A stretch of DNA of 64,000 nucleotides from Spirochaetia bacterium. Lineage in GTDB: Bacteria; Spirochaetota; Spirochaetia; SZUA-6; Bin103. The stretch spans positions 3,200,001 through 3,264,000 of the forward strand of contig OZ241863.1 in NCBI GenBank assembly GCA_965203055.1. The letters are read 5' to 3'. Both the position numbers and the translations under genes were made by a program. Of this stretch, positions 48,111-56,982 are shown piece by piece (position 1 is the stretch's first letter; every line of letters starts with the position of its first letter). Under the pieces are notes generated by a model. The model ran no database searches and was not told the origin of the DNA. It was given only the letters and a program-made list of their open reading frames with translations.

Positions 48111-48569
48111 TTAGCGGCATACGTTCCTCCTCAGCAACTGTTGGTGTGGACGCTGTAGTTCCCCGCCAGTACGCGTGGAGTAGACCTTTCCTCTCGGTTG
48201 GTTGATCAGCGTGGGGTCCGTGAAGTCCCGATGCAAGGGACGATCGTTCGAATACAAGAGGCGGGCTTTGCTCAGCTGCGCTAACGCAATGACGTGCAGA
48301 TCATTGGATCTGCATGAGCCGGATCTTCGCAGCACATTGCACTGTGCTGCAATTGCCTGATCATTGACGGTTCGGACGATGCCCGCCAGTGCCGCTTGCT
48401 GTAGCCACGCCTGGAAATTTCTATTTTGCCCCAGCTCATCAAGCAGCTTTCCACCGACGACGAGACGCAGGTTACCGGAACTTATTCGGTCGAAAAACGC
48501 CGTTCCGGCCGCAGGACGATTGTCACTGAACACTTCATGCACGACGTTAGCATCGAGAATTGCACACAT
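48111..48569 (-). CDS. PIN-domain-like protein
   Basis: ILDANV, L.DEL, ND.HVIALA, LYSND acidic PIN pattern; 5 nt downstream of ATPase. Confidence 0.7.
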   Translation of the reverse strand: MCAILDANVVHEVFSDNRPAAGTAFFDRISSGNLRLVVGGKLLDELGQNRNFQAWLQQAALAGIVRTVNDQAIAAQCNVLRRSGSCRSNDLHVIALAQLSKARLLYSNDRPLHRDFTDPTLINQPRGKVYSTRTGGELQRPHQQLLRRNVCR

Positions 48570-48574
48570 TTGAT

Positions 48575-49882
48575 CTACAGCCTCAGCGACCTTCGCGTTT
48601 CTTCCATGAAGAACTGACGATATCCGTTCGGCGTGTCCAGGATGTTGCCTTCGTCATCGATCCTTAGCGAGTGAATGCGCACGTCCAGCGTACCACGCTC
48701 GAAGAATAGCACTGAAACGTGCTCCGGCAGCAGCGCGGTTCTGCGGTCTCGCACCTCCATTCGCACACGGTCGATCAGATGATCGCTGTGGGTCTCCACG
48801 ACCAATTGGCGGTGGGGTCCGGCGACGTTACAGAACAGGCTGCCCAGGGCAGCCTGGGCGCTGGGATGGAGATGTACTTCCGGCTGCTGCAACAACAGCG
48901 GCCGCAAGTTATCGTTGTCCTGGTGATCCACCCGGAGCAGTTCAACCAGCACCGGCAACACCTGACTGACACCGTAGCCGACGTCGATCAGGTTGCGCTG
49001 CGGCCCCTTCAGCGCGCCGTCATACCGCCTGACCTGCATCTGAAACGGCTCACTGTCCTTTCGTCCGAGCTGTCTTATGGAGATCTCGTCGAACAGCCCC
49101 GCCGATCGTCCGAAACGCTCCAGTTGGACCTTGAGACGCTCCCATTGCCGTCGGTCGCGGAAATGGAGATCGGCAAGATACATCGGGATGTAATCTCCTT
49201 CGGTGTCCATGGCAACCCGCGCGGGATCGTAGGTTCGGTGCGGCCTGGACCGGACCGGAGCGCTGGCAAACGGCCGCGATTCGGAATTGCGGGTCAGAGC
49301 CATGCTCCAGGACTCGGCGAATTCGCTGAGCTCCGCCTTGTCCTTGTCGGAGAATGACGGGACGCCGTCCGACGCCGGAAACGCCAAAAGCGAACTCAGT
49401 GGGGCCGTTACGCTGCCACCTGGCGAGAATTTGCGATCCGGCGGTACTTCAATATCCCAGGTACTGCTCGCGGTACCTGCTCGTAGTGAAGACAACGTAT
49501 CTTGTGCCCAATGCTGTTCGATCCACTGATCTCGGCGCTTGAGAAGCTTGCGTATTGGTACCGGAGCAGTGCCTTGTTTGCCGAAGGTGACCGCGAAGTG
49601 ATATTCGCCAACGTCGATCTCCGCGGCGAAGGTTTCGGCGCGGCCACTCCGCCCACCGCGGTGGTGCGCAATTTCCTCGAAGCTGCCCAAGTCGTAGGGG
49701 GGTTCCTTGAAGTCAGGTACGCGATTCCCGGCGGCGGCGTCCCACAGCGCCCGGAGCAGCGCCAGGAAGGAAGTCTTCCCAGTGCTGTTGTCGCCCACGA
49801 GCAACGTCAACGGCGCAAGACAAGCGGTCTGCCGCTCGCGGAAGCAACGATAGCTCTGCAGCGCGACTCGCTCCCAGGTCAT
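48575..49882 (-). CDS. AAA_21/DUF3696-type ABC ATPase
   Basis: YRCF, PLTLLVGDNSTGKT, DVGYGVSQVLP, LLLQQPEVHLHP, VETHSDH, G.....P.GY..FF. Confidence 0.88.
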   Translation of the reverse strand: MTWERVALQSYRCFRERQTACLAPLTLLVGDNSTGKTSFLALLRALWDAAAGNRVPDFKEPPYDLGSFEEIAHHRGGRSGRAETFAAEIDVGEYHFAVTFGKQGTAPVPIRKLLKRRDQWIEQHWAQDTLSSLRAGTASSTWDIEVPPDRKFSPGGSVTAPLSSLLAFPASDGVPSFSDKDKAELSEFAESWSMALTRNSESRPFASAPVRSRPHRTYDPARVAMDTEGDYIPMYLADLHFRDRRQWERLKVQLERFGRSAGLFDEISIRQLGRKDSEPFQMQVRRYDGALKGPQRNLIDVGYGVSQVLPVLVELLRVDHQDNDNLRPLLLQQPEVHLHPSAQAALGSLFCNVAGPHRQLVVETHSDHLIDRVRMEVRDRRTALLPEHVSVLFFERGTLDVRIHSLRIDDEGNILDTPNGYRQFFMEETRRSLRL

Positions 49883-50013
49883 TGGTAGACGGCTGGCGCG
49901 GCGGAGGTGCCTGAGTTGGTCATGCGTCGTATTATAGCGGGAGCCGGCAGGAGAGGCGATGAAGCACCATCCCAGCGACCACACCTTTGACAGTGCGCCC
50001 AATCCGGACCGCC

Positions 50014-50790
50014 ATGCGGGTTGACTTGGCCGGGCAGGCGGCCCTCGTGACCGGCGGTGCGCACGGGATCGGGCGCGCCATCGCCGCCGCGCTGGCCGCC
50101 AACGGCGCCCAGGTCGCCATCGTCGATCTGGACGGCGCCGCCGGCGAGCAGGCGGCGCGGGAGGTGGGCGGGCGCTGCTGGCAGGCGGACGTGGCCGACC
50201 ACCAGGCGATGCGGGCGGTGATCGATGAGGTCGGCGCTCACTTCGGGGGACTGCAGATCCTGGTCAACAACGCCGGCATCAACAGCGGCGGGGAACGGGC
50301 GCCGATCGACCGCTTCTCGCTGGCCGACTGGCAGCGCATCCTGCAGGTCGACCTGACCGGCGTGTTCGTGGTCAGCCGCGCCGCGGTGCCGCTGCTGGAG
50401 GTTGGCGGCGGGCGGGTGGTGAACATCAGCTCCGTCGCCGGACTGGTGCCGCTGCGCTTGCAGTCGCCGTTCGTGGCCGCCAAGGCCGGGGTGATCAACC
50501 TGACCCGCTCCATGGCGTTGGAACTGGGCCCGCGCGGAATCCTGGTGAACGCGGTGGCCCCCGGGTCCACTCTGACGCGCGGTACCGAGCGCCTGTTCTA
50601 CGGCACTGACGGGGCCTTCACGGAGCAGGCGGCCAACCTGCTCTCCCACATTCCGCTGGGGCGCCCGGCCCGGGTCGAAGAGATCGCCGCCGCGGTGCTG
50701 TTCCTGGTGGCGCCCGAAGCGAGCTACGTGAACGGCGCCATCCTCACCGTGGACGGCGGCTGGACCGCCGGCTATACCCGCGATTTCTAA
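50014..50790 (+). CDS. Short-chain dehydrogenase/reductase
   Basis: TGGAHGIG, NNAG, NISS, VNAVAPG, VDGG; catalytic YxxxK appears as FVAAK. Confidence 0.93.
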   Translation: MRVDLAGQAALVTGGAHGIGRAIAAALAANGAQVAIVDLDGAAGEQAAREVGGRCWQADVADHQAMRAVIDEVGAHFGGLQILVNNAGINSGGERAPIDRFSLADWQRILQVDLTGVFVVSRAAVPLLEVGGGRVVNISSVAGLVPLRLQSPFVAAKAGVINLTRSMALELGPRGILVNAVAPGSTLTRGTERLFYGTDGAFTEQAANLLSHIPLGRPARVEEIAAAVLFLVAPEASYVNGAILTVDGGWTAGYTRDF

Positions 50791-50812
50791 ACCTCGAGGA
50801 GGAGGCAGGAGA

Positions 50813-51229
50813 ATGGCGCAGATCACCATGTTCAAGGGCTACCAGGGCGACCCGCCGGTCGCCAAGCCGGCGGCGCCGCCGGCCGCCAACGTCGTGACCG
50901 CGGCGGACGGGCTGCCGGTGAAGTATCCGGGCTGCGACGGAATCGGCGTGCGCGTGGTGCACCCCTCCAATCCCCGCGCTCCGGCGCGGAATCTGGGGCT
51001 GGTGATGTTCTACGTACCGCCGCACGTGGTACTGGAGCCGGGCAGCCACCATACCGAGGAGTGTTACGTGATCGTGCGCGGGCGCGGCACCATGACCCTC
51101 AACGGCGCGCGGCGCGAGGTGTCAGCCGGCACCTTCATCCACCTGCCTCCATGGTGCGAGCACGGCGTCGAGAACACCGGCGACGAGACCCTCGAAATCC
51201 TGATCTGCACGTCGCCGCCCAACCCGTAA
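50813..51229 (+). CDS. Cupin domain protein
   Basis: GSH.TEE.Y...G.G...P.W.EHG.EN. Confidence 0.85.
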   Translation: MAQITMFKGYQGDPPVAKPAAPPAANVVTAADGLPVKYPGCDGIGVRVVHPSNPRAPARNLGLVMFYVPPHVVLEPGSHHTEECYVIVRGRGTMTLNGARREVSAGTFIHLPPWCEHGVENTGDETLEILICTSPPNP

Positions 51230-51304
51230 CCGAACAGGTACCGCCGTCGAACACCATCCGGGCTTGATATTTGCGCCCATGGCGGCGCCGGGTATCATCG
51301 GCCC

Positions 51305-53230
51305 ATGACGGCAACGACGAAGCGGCAGGTCAGCGTTGATCTGTGCGTCTACTCCGGCGCCCCGGCCGGTCTCGCCTGCGCGGTGCGCGCGGCGCGCGAA
51401 GGGCTGACCGCGGCGGTGGTCACCCACACCCCGCATCTGGGCGGCATGCTCACGTCCGGGCTGAGCGTGTGGGACACGCAGTGGGAGGGCAGCCGCGCCC
51501 CCATCTACGACGAATTGCGGCAGGCGCTGTTCGACTATTACCGCGATCGGTACGGCCACCATTCGGCGCAGTATTACGCCGCGCTGCCGGGGCCGAGCGG
51601 CCACTCCAATGGCAACTTCGAAGCCCGCGCGGCGCGCGAGGTGATCGAGCGGCTGGTGGCGCGGGAAGCGCGCGTGCAGGTGCTGCGGGGGCTGGTGCCG
51701 GCCGCGGTGCGGCGCGACGGGCGGCGGCTGGCGAGCGTGACCTTCCAGCCGCTGGCGGCCGCGGTGGCCGGGAGCCGCGACCCCGGCGGTGAGGTGACGG
51801 TGCATGCCGCGGCCTTCGCCGACGCCAGCTACGAGGGCGATCTGATGGCCCTGGCCGGCTGCGCCTACCGCACCGGGCGGGAAGCGCAGGCCGAGCACGG
51901 CGAACCGTACGCCGGCCGCATCTTCGTACGCACCGTCCCCGAGCCGCCGAATGCGGCGGCCAAGCGCGCCGGCGAGCTGCATGACCGCCTGCGGCTGCGC
52001 CGCTTCCCCGGCTACTGCGAGGTGCAGCCGGCGCCGGACACCGGCGCCGGCGACGGCCGGGTGCAGGGCTACAACCTGCGCCTGACGATCACCGACGACC
52101 CGGCCAACCAGCTCCCGGTCAAGCGCCCGGCGGACTACGACCGCGACCGCATCGCCGCCCTGGAGCACCCCACGCTCATGGACACGGGGATGCCGAACCG
52201 CAAGATGCGCGTCAACCGGCCGCAGCTCGTGGGCGAGCACACCGCCTACCCGGAGGCGGACTGGGCCGAGCGCGGGCGCATCATCGACGCCCACTGGCAG
52301 GCGCTGCAGGGCTGCCTCTACTTCCTGCGCACAGACCCCTCGGTAGCGGAGGAAACGCGCCGCCGCTGGCAGGGGTGGGGCCTGGCGGCGGACGAGTTCA
52401 CCGACAACGGCCACCGGCCCTACGAGATCTACGCGCGCGAGACCCGGCGGCTGCACGGCCGCTACCTGTTCACCGGCCACGACGCAACCCTGGCGCCGGG
52501 CCTGGACCGCGCCCCGGTGCATGGCACCGCGATCGCCGCCACCGAGTGGTACATCGACTCCCACGCCTGCTCCTTCGAGCGGGTCGGCGCCAGCCGCCAC
52601 GAAGGCAAGGTGGTCCTGCATATGGAGACCTTTCCCGGCATGGTGCCCTACGAGGCGCTGCTGCCGCGCGAGCTGGACAACCTGCTGGTGGTGAACTGCG
52701 TCTCCTCGACGCACCTCGGCTGGAACACCATCCGCCTGGAGCCGACCTGGATGAACATCGGCGAGGCGGCCGGCTGGGCGCTGGCGCTGGCGCGGCGCGC
52801 CGGCGTGGAACCGGCGGCGGTGGACCGGCGCCTGCTGGTGCGCCGGTTGGCGGAATCGGGGGTGATGGTGAGCTTCTGCAACGACGTGGAGGTCGCCGGG
52901 CGCGAGGCGTGGGTGCCGGCGGTGCAGTACTTCGGTACCCAGGGGTTCTTCCCCGGCTACGACGCGCGCCCGCGGGCGCCGCTCGGGCGCGCCACCGCGG
53001 CGCTGTGGGTCCGCGCCGCGGCGCGCATCGCCGCCGGCGACCACGATCCGATGCGGTGCGTGCGCGAGCTGCACGCCCTGACCGCCGCCGCGGACGAGCC
53101 GATCACCGCCGGCGAACTGCGCCTGCTGATCGAGCGCCCGCGCCCCGACGGGCTCGCCGCGGCCGGCCTGGAAGTACCGGAACAGGTGACCCGCGGGGAC
53201 TGCTGCCGGCTGCTGTACGACCTCACCTGA
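51305..53230 (+). CDS. FAD-dependent oxidoreductase (FAD_oxidored family)
   Basis: D..VY.G.PAG, HLGG, DASYEGDLMA, GRE, Y.RE.RR, VPY.ALLP, SSTH, RLEP..M..G.AAG. Confidence 0.88.
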   Translation: MTATTKRQVSVDLCVYSGAPAGLACAVRAAREGLTAAVVTHTPHLGGMLTSGLSVWDTQWEGSRAPIYDELRQALFDYYRDRYGHHSAQYYAALPGPSGHSNGNFEARAAREVIERLVAREARVQVLRGLVPAAVRRDGRRLASVTFQPLAAAVAGSRDPGGEVTVHAAAFADASYEGDLMALAGCAYRTGREAQAEHGEPYAGRIFVRTVPEPPNAAAKRAGELHDRLRLRRFPGYCEVQPAPDTGAGDGRVQGYNLRLTITDDPANQLPVKRPADYDRDRIAALEHPTLMDTGMPNRKMRVNRPQLVGEHTAYPEADWAERGRIIDAHWQALQGCLYFLRTDPSVAEETRRRWQGWGLAADEFTDNGHRPYEIYARETRRLHGRYLFTGHDATLAPGLDRAPVHGTAIAATEWYIDSHACSFERVGASRHEGKVVLHMETFPGMVPYEALLPRELDNLLVVNCVSSTHLGWNTIRLEPTWMNIGEAAGWALALARRAGVEPAAVDRRLLVRRLAESGVMVSFCNDVEVAGREAWVPAVQYFGTQGFFPGYDARPRAPLGRATAALWVRAAARIAAGDHDPMRCVRELHALTAAADEPITAGELRLLIERPRPDGLAAAGLEVPEQVTRGDCCRLLYDLT

Positions 53231-53279
53231 AGCCGCGCCGAAGCGCGCACCGAGGCGCGCGGCAGCGCGCTCTCCCGCG

Positions 53280-53320
53280 GCCTGCGGCCGGCGCCGGCGA
53301 CCGGCCGCAGGCTTCTTTTC
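53280..53320 (+). terminator. Rho-independent terminator
   Basis: 12-bp stem GCCTGCGGCCGG/CCGGCCGCAGGC followed by TTCTTTTC, between convergent genes. Confidence 0.75.
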
Positions 53321-53337
53321 TCAGGCGGGCGCGCCCG

Positions 53338-54918
53338 CTACCGGGCCGCCTGCCACTGGCGGTTGGCTTCGGCAGTCAGTTCGTCGCCGCCGGTCCTCCG
53401 CCACTGGCTCACGTAGGCGTCCCATTCGGCGTCGACGTCGGCCTCGCCGATGATCGCCTTCCAGAAGAACTCGTTCTCCATCGAGCGCAGCTCGTTCTCC
53501 ATGGTGCGGTGTTCCTCGCTCCACTGCGGGCGAAATCCGGCGTCCAGGGCGTAGCCGGTTTCGACGCCGATGCGGTGCGGGATGGTGCGCCAGCGCGGCA
53601 GCCGCGACAGCGTGATGTCCGGGGTGATCACGTTCCACATGGTGAAGTACATCCACCCCATCTCGGTGACCCCCTGCGCGGTCTGATACTCGGGATTCGG
53701 CACCATCAGCCCGTCGGCGTCGAACCGGTAGTGAACGCCCTCGTCCCCCTTGGTGACCTTGTGGTAGACCTCCATGTCGGTCTGGATCTCGTCCAGGATC
53801 TGCATGATGCGGATCGCCTTCTCGTCCGAGGCATGCACGCCGATGGAACAGGAACCGAAGCCGCCGGCGGGCCGGTTCACGGTGCCGCGCCCGCCCGGCC
53901 CCTCGGGGCCGATGACGTACACCGGCTCCGCTTCCGGGTTGGCCTTGAGCAGCAGCCCCACCGGTCCTTCGGTGCGCGGCCCGGTCCACGCCGGAGTCTG
54001 CTCGAACGCGCCTACCAGACCGTTGGTGTACTTCTGGTTGAACTCCTTGCGCCCGTCGGAAATCATCTCCGGGTCGATGATCTCCTTCTGATACCAGGTG
54101 TTGAGATACTTCAGGGCGTCCCGGTACTCGGGCGTGACGTTGGCGTATCCCAGCTCGCCGCCCTGCTCCTGCCAGGAGTGGATGCGCACCCCGAAGGCGC
54201 CGAACTCGTTGGGAAAGAAATCCCACGCTCCGCCCCAGGAGGGCGTGCCGCCGGAGTAGTTGTTGACCGCGTAGGTATCTTTCTTGCCGTTGCCGTCGGG
54301 GTCGGCGTGGCGGTAGCGGTACAGCAGGTCCTCCAGTTGTTCCAGGCTCCAATCGTCGGCGTAGTGGTAGTCGAGCATCTTCTTGGCGGGAACATCCACG
54401 CCCACCGCTTCCATCCAGTCGCGCCGCGTCACCAGCGCTGCCCCGGAGGTAACCGCCACGTTGACGCCCGGCAGCCCCATGATGCGCCCGTCGATGGTGA
54501 CGTCGTTCCAGGCTCCGGCCGGGTCGATCCGATCGACGATCTTGACGTAGTTCGGCATGTGTTCGTAGAACCAGTCGCGCGGCAGTTCGCGCACCACGCC
54601 CAGGTCATAGAGCGCGCCGCGCGGCCCGATCTTCATGAAGTCGGGCACTTCGCCGCTGGCCATCTTCAGCCGCCACTGCTCGCCCTGGTAGATGTCGACG
54701 TCGGTCCACGGCACCAGCTCCACGTTGTAGCGCTCTTCGACGTACTGCTCGGTAATGGTGCTCTCCGGCAGCAGCACGCCGCGGCTGTTGATGCCGAACC
54801 AGTTGATCACCATGCGTTCTTCGGCCGCCGCCTCCTGCCCGTCCTGCCCCGCCGCCCACAGCGCGCCGCCGGCGGCCAGCAGCGCGATGGTCAGCAGGGA
54901 ACTGATGCTTGCTCTCAT
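53338..54918 (-). CDS. Carbohydrate ABC transporter solute-binding protein (LplA-like)
   Basis: Signal peptide ..LWAAGQ, SGE.PD, R.DW, DPDGNGKKDT, G.EG.HY, WDAYV..W...GG. Confidence 0.9.
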   Translation of the reverse strand: MRASISSLLTIALLAAGGALWAAGQDGQEAAAEERMVINWFGINSRGVLLPESTITEQYVEERYNVELVPWTDVDIYQGEQWRLKMASGEVPDFMKIGPRGALYDLGVVRELPRDWFYEHMPNYVKIVDRIDPAGAWNDVTIDGRIMGLPGVNVAVTSGAALVTRRDWMEAVGVDVPAKKMLDYHYADDWSLEQLEDLLYRYRHADPDGNGKKDTYAVNNYSGGTPSWGGAWDFFPNEFGAFGVRIHSWQEQGGELGYANVTPEYRDALKYLNTWYQKEIIDPEMISDGRKEFNQKYTNGLVGAFEQTPAWTGPRTEGPVGLLLKANPEAEPVYVIGPEGPGGRGTVNRPAGGFGSCSIGVHASDEKAIRIMQILDEIQTDMEVYHKVTKGDEGVHYRFDADGLMVPNPEYQTAQGVTEMGWMYFTMWNVITPDITLSRLPRWRTIPHRIGVETGYALDAGFRPQWSEEHRTMENELRSMENEFFWKAIIGEADVDAEWDAYVSQWRRTGGDELTAEANRQWQAAR

Positions 54919-54990
54919 TGCAACCTCCTCAAGGTTCTCGAAGCAATCTCCGCCAGTGGCGGATCCATTTTCGGTTGCCGGCCGCCGCGG

Positions 54991-55905
54991 TCAGCCCTTC
55001 AGCGAGCCGGTCATGATTCCTTTCACGAAGTAGCGCTGAATGAACGGATACACCAGAATCACCGGGCCGATCGATACGAACAGCGTGGCCGCAATGATCG
55101 TCTCCTCCACGAAGGTGGCCTCCGATTCCAGTTCCATCTCGAACAGGGTAGTGGCCTGGTTCTCGATCAGGATCCGGCGCAGCATGAGTTGCAGCACCAG
55201 CAGGCGCGGCTGCGAGTTGTAGATCAGCGCGTCGAACCAGGAGTTCCAGTGGAACACGATGCTCCACAGGCCGATGGTGGCGACCACCGGCAGCGACACC
55301 GGAACCACGATCGCGAACAGGATGCGGTACACGCTGGCCCCGTCCATCACCGCGGACTCTTCCAGGTCGGGCGGAATGGCGCGGAAGAAGTTGCGCATGA
55401 TGATGATGTAATAGGCTGACGCCGCCGGCGGCAGAATCAGCGCCAGGCGGTTGTTGTGCAGCCCCAGCTCCTTCATCCACAGGTAGGTGGCGATCAGCCC
55501 GCCGGAGAAGAACATGGTAAAGATCATCAGCAGGGTAATGATCCGGTTACCCGGCAGGAAGCGCTTGGAAAGGGCGTAGGCCGCGCAGAACGAAACCAGC
55601 AGGGTCAGGCTGGTGCCGGCCACGGTGCGCAGCACCGTGTTCAGGTAGGCGATGCCGATGGTGTTGCGGCTGAACACGCTGCCGTAGGCGTCGAGCGTGG
55701 TCGCGCGCGGCCACAGCTTGAGGCCGATGCGGTACACCTCCAAGGGCGTGCTGATCGAATCGAGGAGGATCTTCCAGAACGGGTAGATCACGGACACGGA
55801 GAACGCGATCATCACCAGCCAGGTGGCGCCGTCGATCAGATAATCCTCGGCGCCGCGCGGGCTGAGAGCGCGCCGTTGCCGGCGCCGGCGGAGCGTGATG
55901 CTCAT
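54991..55905 (-). CDS. Carbohydrate ABC transporter permease
   Basis: MFFSGGLI, RNFF..IP..LEESA..DGA, HWNSWFD, YPFIQRYFVKGI..GS.KG. Confidence 0.93.
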   Translation of the reverse strand: MSITLRRRRQRRALSPRGAEDYLIDGATWLVMIAFSVSVIYPFWKILLDSISTPLEVYRIGLKLWPRATTLDAYGSVFSRNTIGIAYLNTVLRTVAGTSLTLLVSFCAAYALSKRFLPGNRIITLLMIFTMFFSGGLIATYLWMKELGLHNNRLALILPPAASAYYIIIMRNFFRAIPPDLEESAVMDGASVYRILFAIVVPVSLPVVATIGLWSIVFHWNSWFDALIYNSQPRLLVLQLMLRRILIENQATTLFEMELESEATFVEETIIAATLFVSIGPVILVYPFIQRYFVKGIMTGSLKG

Positions 55906-56849
55906 ACCACCGTGGCCTCGCTGCCGAGCCGCTTGGTGACGTAGTTGACGATGAGCAGCAGGATGAGACCGGTCAGGTTCTTGAACAGGTCTACCGCGGC
56001 CGCGTAGCTGTACTGGAAATCGGTGATCCCGGTGCGGAACACGTAGGTGTCGATGATGTCGGCGACGCTGTACACCAGCGGGTTGTAGAGGTTGAAGATC
56101 TGATCGAACCCGGCTTCCATGATGTCGCCGATGCGCAGCAGGAACAGGATCACGATCACGTGCACGATCGAGGGCAGGGTGACGTGGCGGATGCGCTGGA
56201 TGCGGCCGGCGCCGTCCAGCGCCGCGGCCTCGTAGAGCTGGGGATCGATGCTCGATATTGCCGCCAGGTAGATGATCGAGCCCCAGCCCACGTTCTTCCA
56301 GATCATGGACAGGATCAGGATCGGCACGAACATCTCTTCCTGCTGCAGGAAGATCACCGGATCGGCTCCGAACAGGCCGGTGACGTAATTGACGATGCCG
56401 CGCTGCGAGAGCAGATCGCGAATCAATCCGCCCACCACTACCCAGGAGACGAAGTGCGGCAGATAGCTGATCGTCTGGAAGATCTTCTTGCCGCGCAGGC
56501 TGGCGATTTCGTTCAGCATCAGGGCGAAGATGATCGGACCGGGAAACCCGATCAGCACCTTCAGCAGGCTGATCACCACCGTGTTCTTCAGCACCCGGTA
56601 GAATTGCGGGCTGTTGAACAGGCGCTCGAAGTAGGTGAACCCTACCCACGGGCTGCCGAACAGACCATCCACCAGGTTGTACTTCTTGAACGCGATCACG
56701 ATGCCGGCCATGGGGACGTAGCGGAACAGCAGGAAGATGGCCAGCGCCGGCAGCAGCAGGGCGTAATAGTGGCGGTACTTGACGATCCTGCCGATGAGGG
56801 AGGCGGAACGCCGGCGCGCCGGTGAAACGGGAATCGACAGTTCGCTCAC
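55902..56849 (-). CDS. Carbohydrate ABC transporter permease (LplB-like)
   Basis: SPWVG, ALMLNE, QTISYLPHFVSWV, GW.SIIYLAA, LYEAA..DGA, IIDTYV. Confidence 0.93.
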   Translation of the reverse strand: MSELSIPVSPARRRSASLIGRIVKYRHYYALLLPALAIFLLFRYVPMAGIVIAFKKYNLVDGLFGSPWVGFTYFERLFNSPQFYRVLKNTVVISLLKVLIGFPGPIIFALMLNEIASLRGKKIFQTISYLPHFVSWVVVGGLIRDLLSQRGIVNYVTGLFGADPVIFLQQEEMFVPILILSMIWKNVGWGSIIYLAAISSIDPQLYEAAALDGAGRIQRIRHVTLPSIVHVIVILFLLRIGDIMEAGFDQIFNLYNPLVYSVADIIDTYVFRTGITDFQYSYAAAVDLFKNLTGLILLLIVNYVTKRLGSEATVV

Positions 56850-56982
56850 GACGAAAGAGCACCTCGTCAGGTGGTGGCGGCAGGGTAGACGGGCGCGGGC
56901 GTTCTGTCAAAACCGCGCCGGGCGCGCCGGGCGCCGCCGGGCGACTGGCGCGCGGCGGCCGGACCGGGTATCATGCGCGGCC

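Noticed and set aside
52375..55419. 1014-aa ORF on + strand
   Set aside because: Off-frame/antisense shadow of the FAD oxidoreductase and ABC genes; Arg/Gly-rich and motif-less, as expected in high-GC DNA
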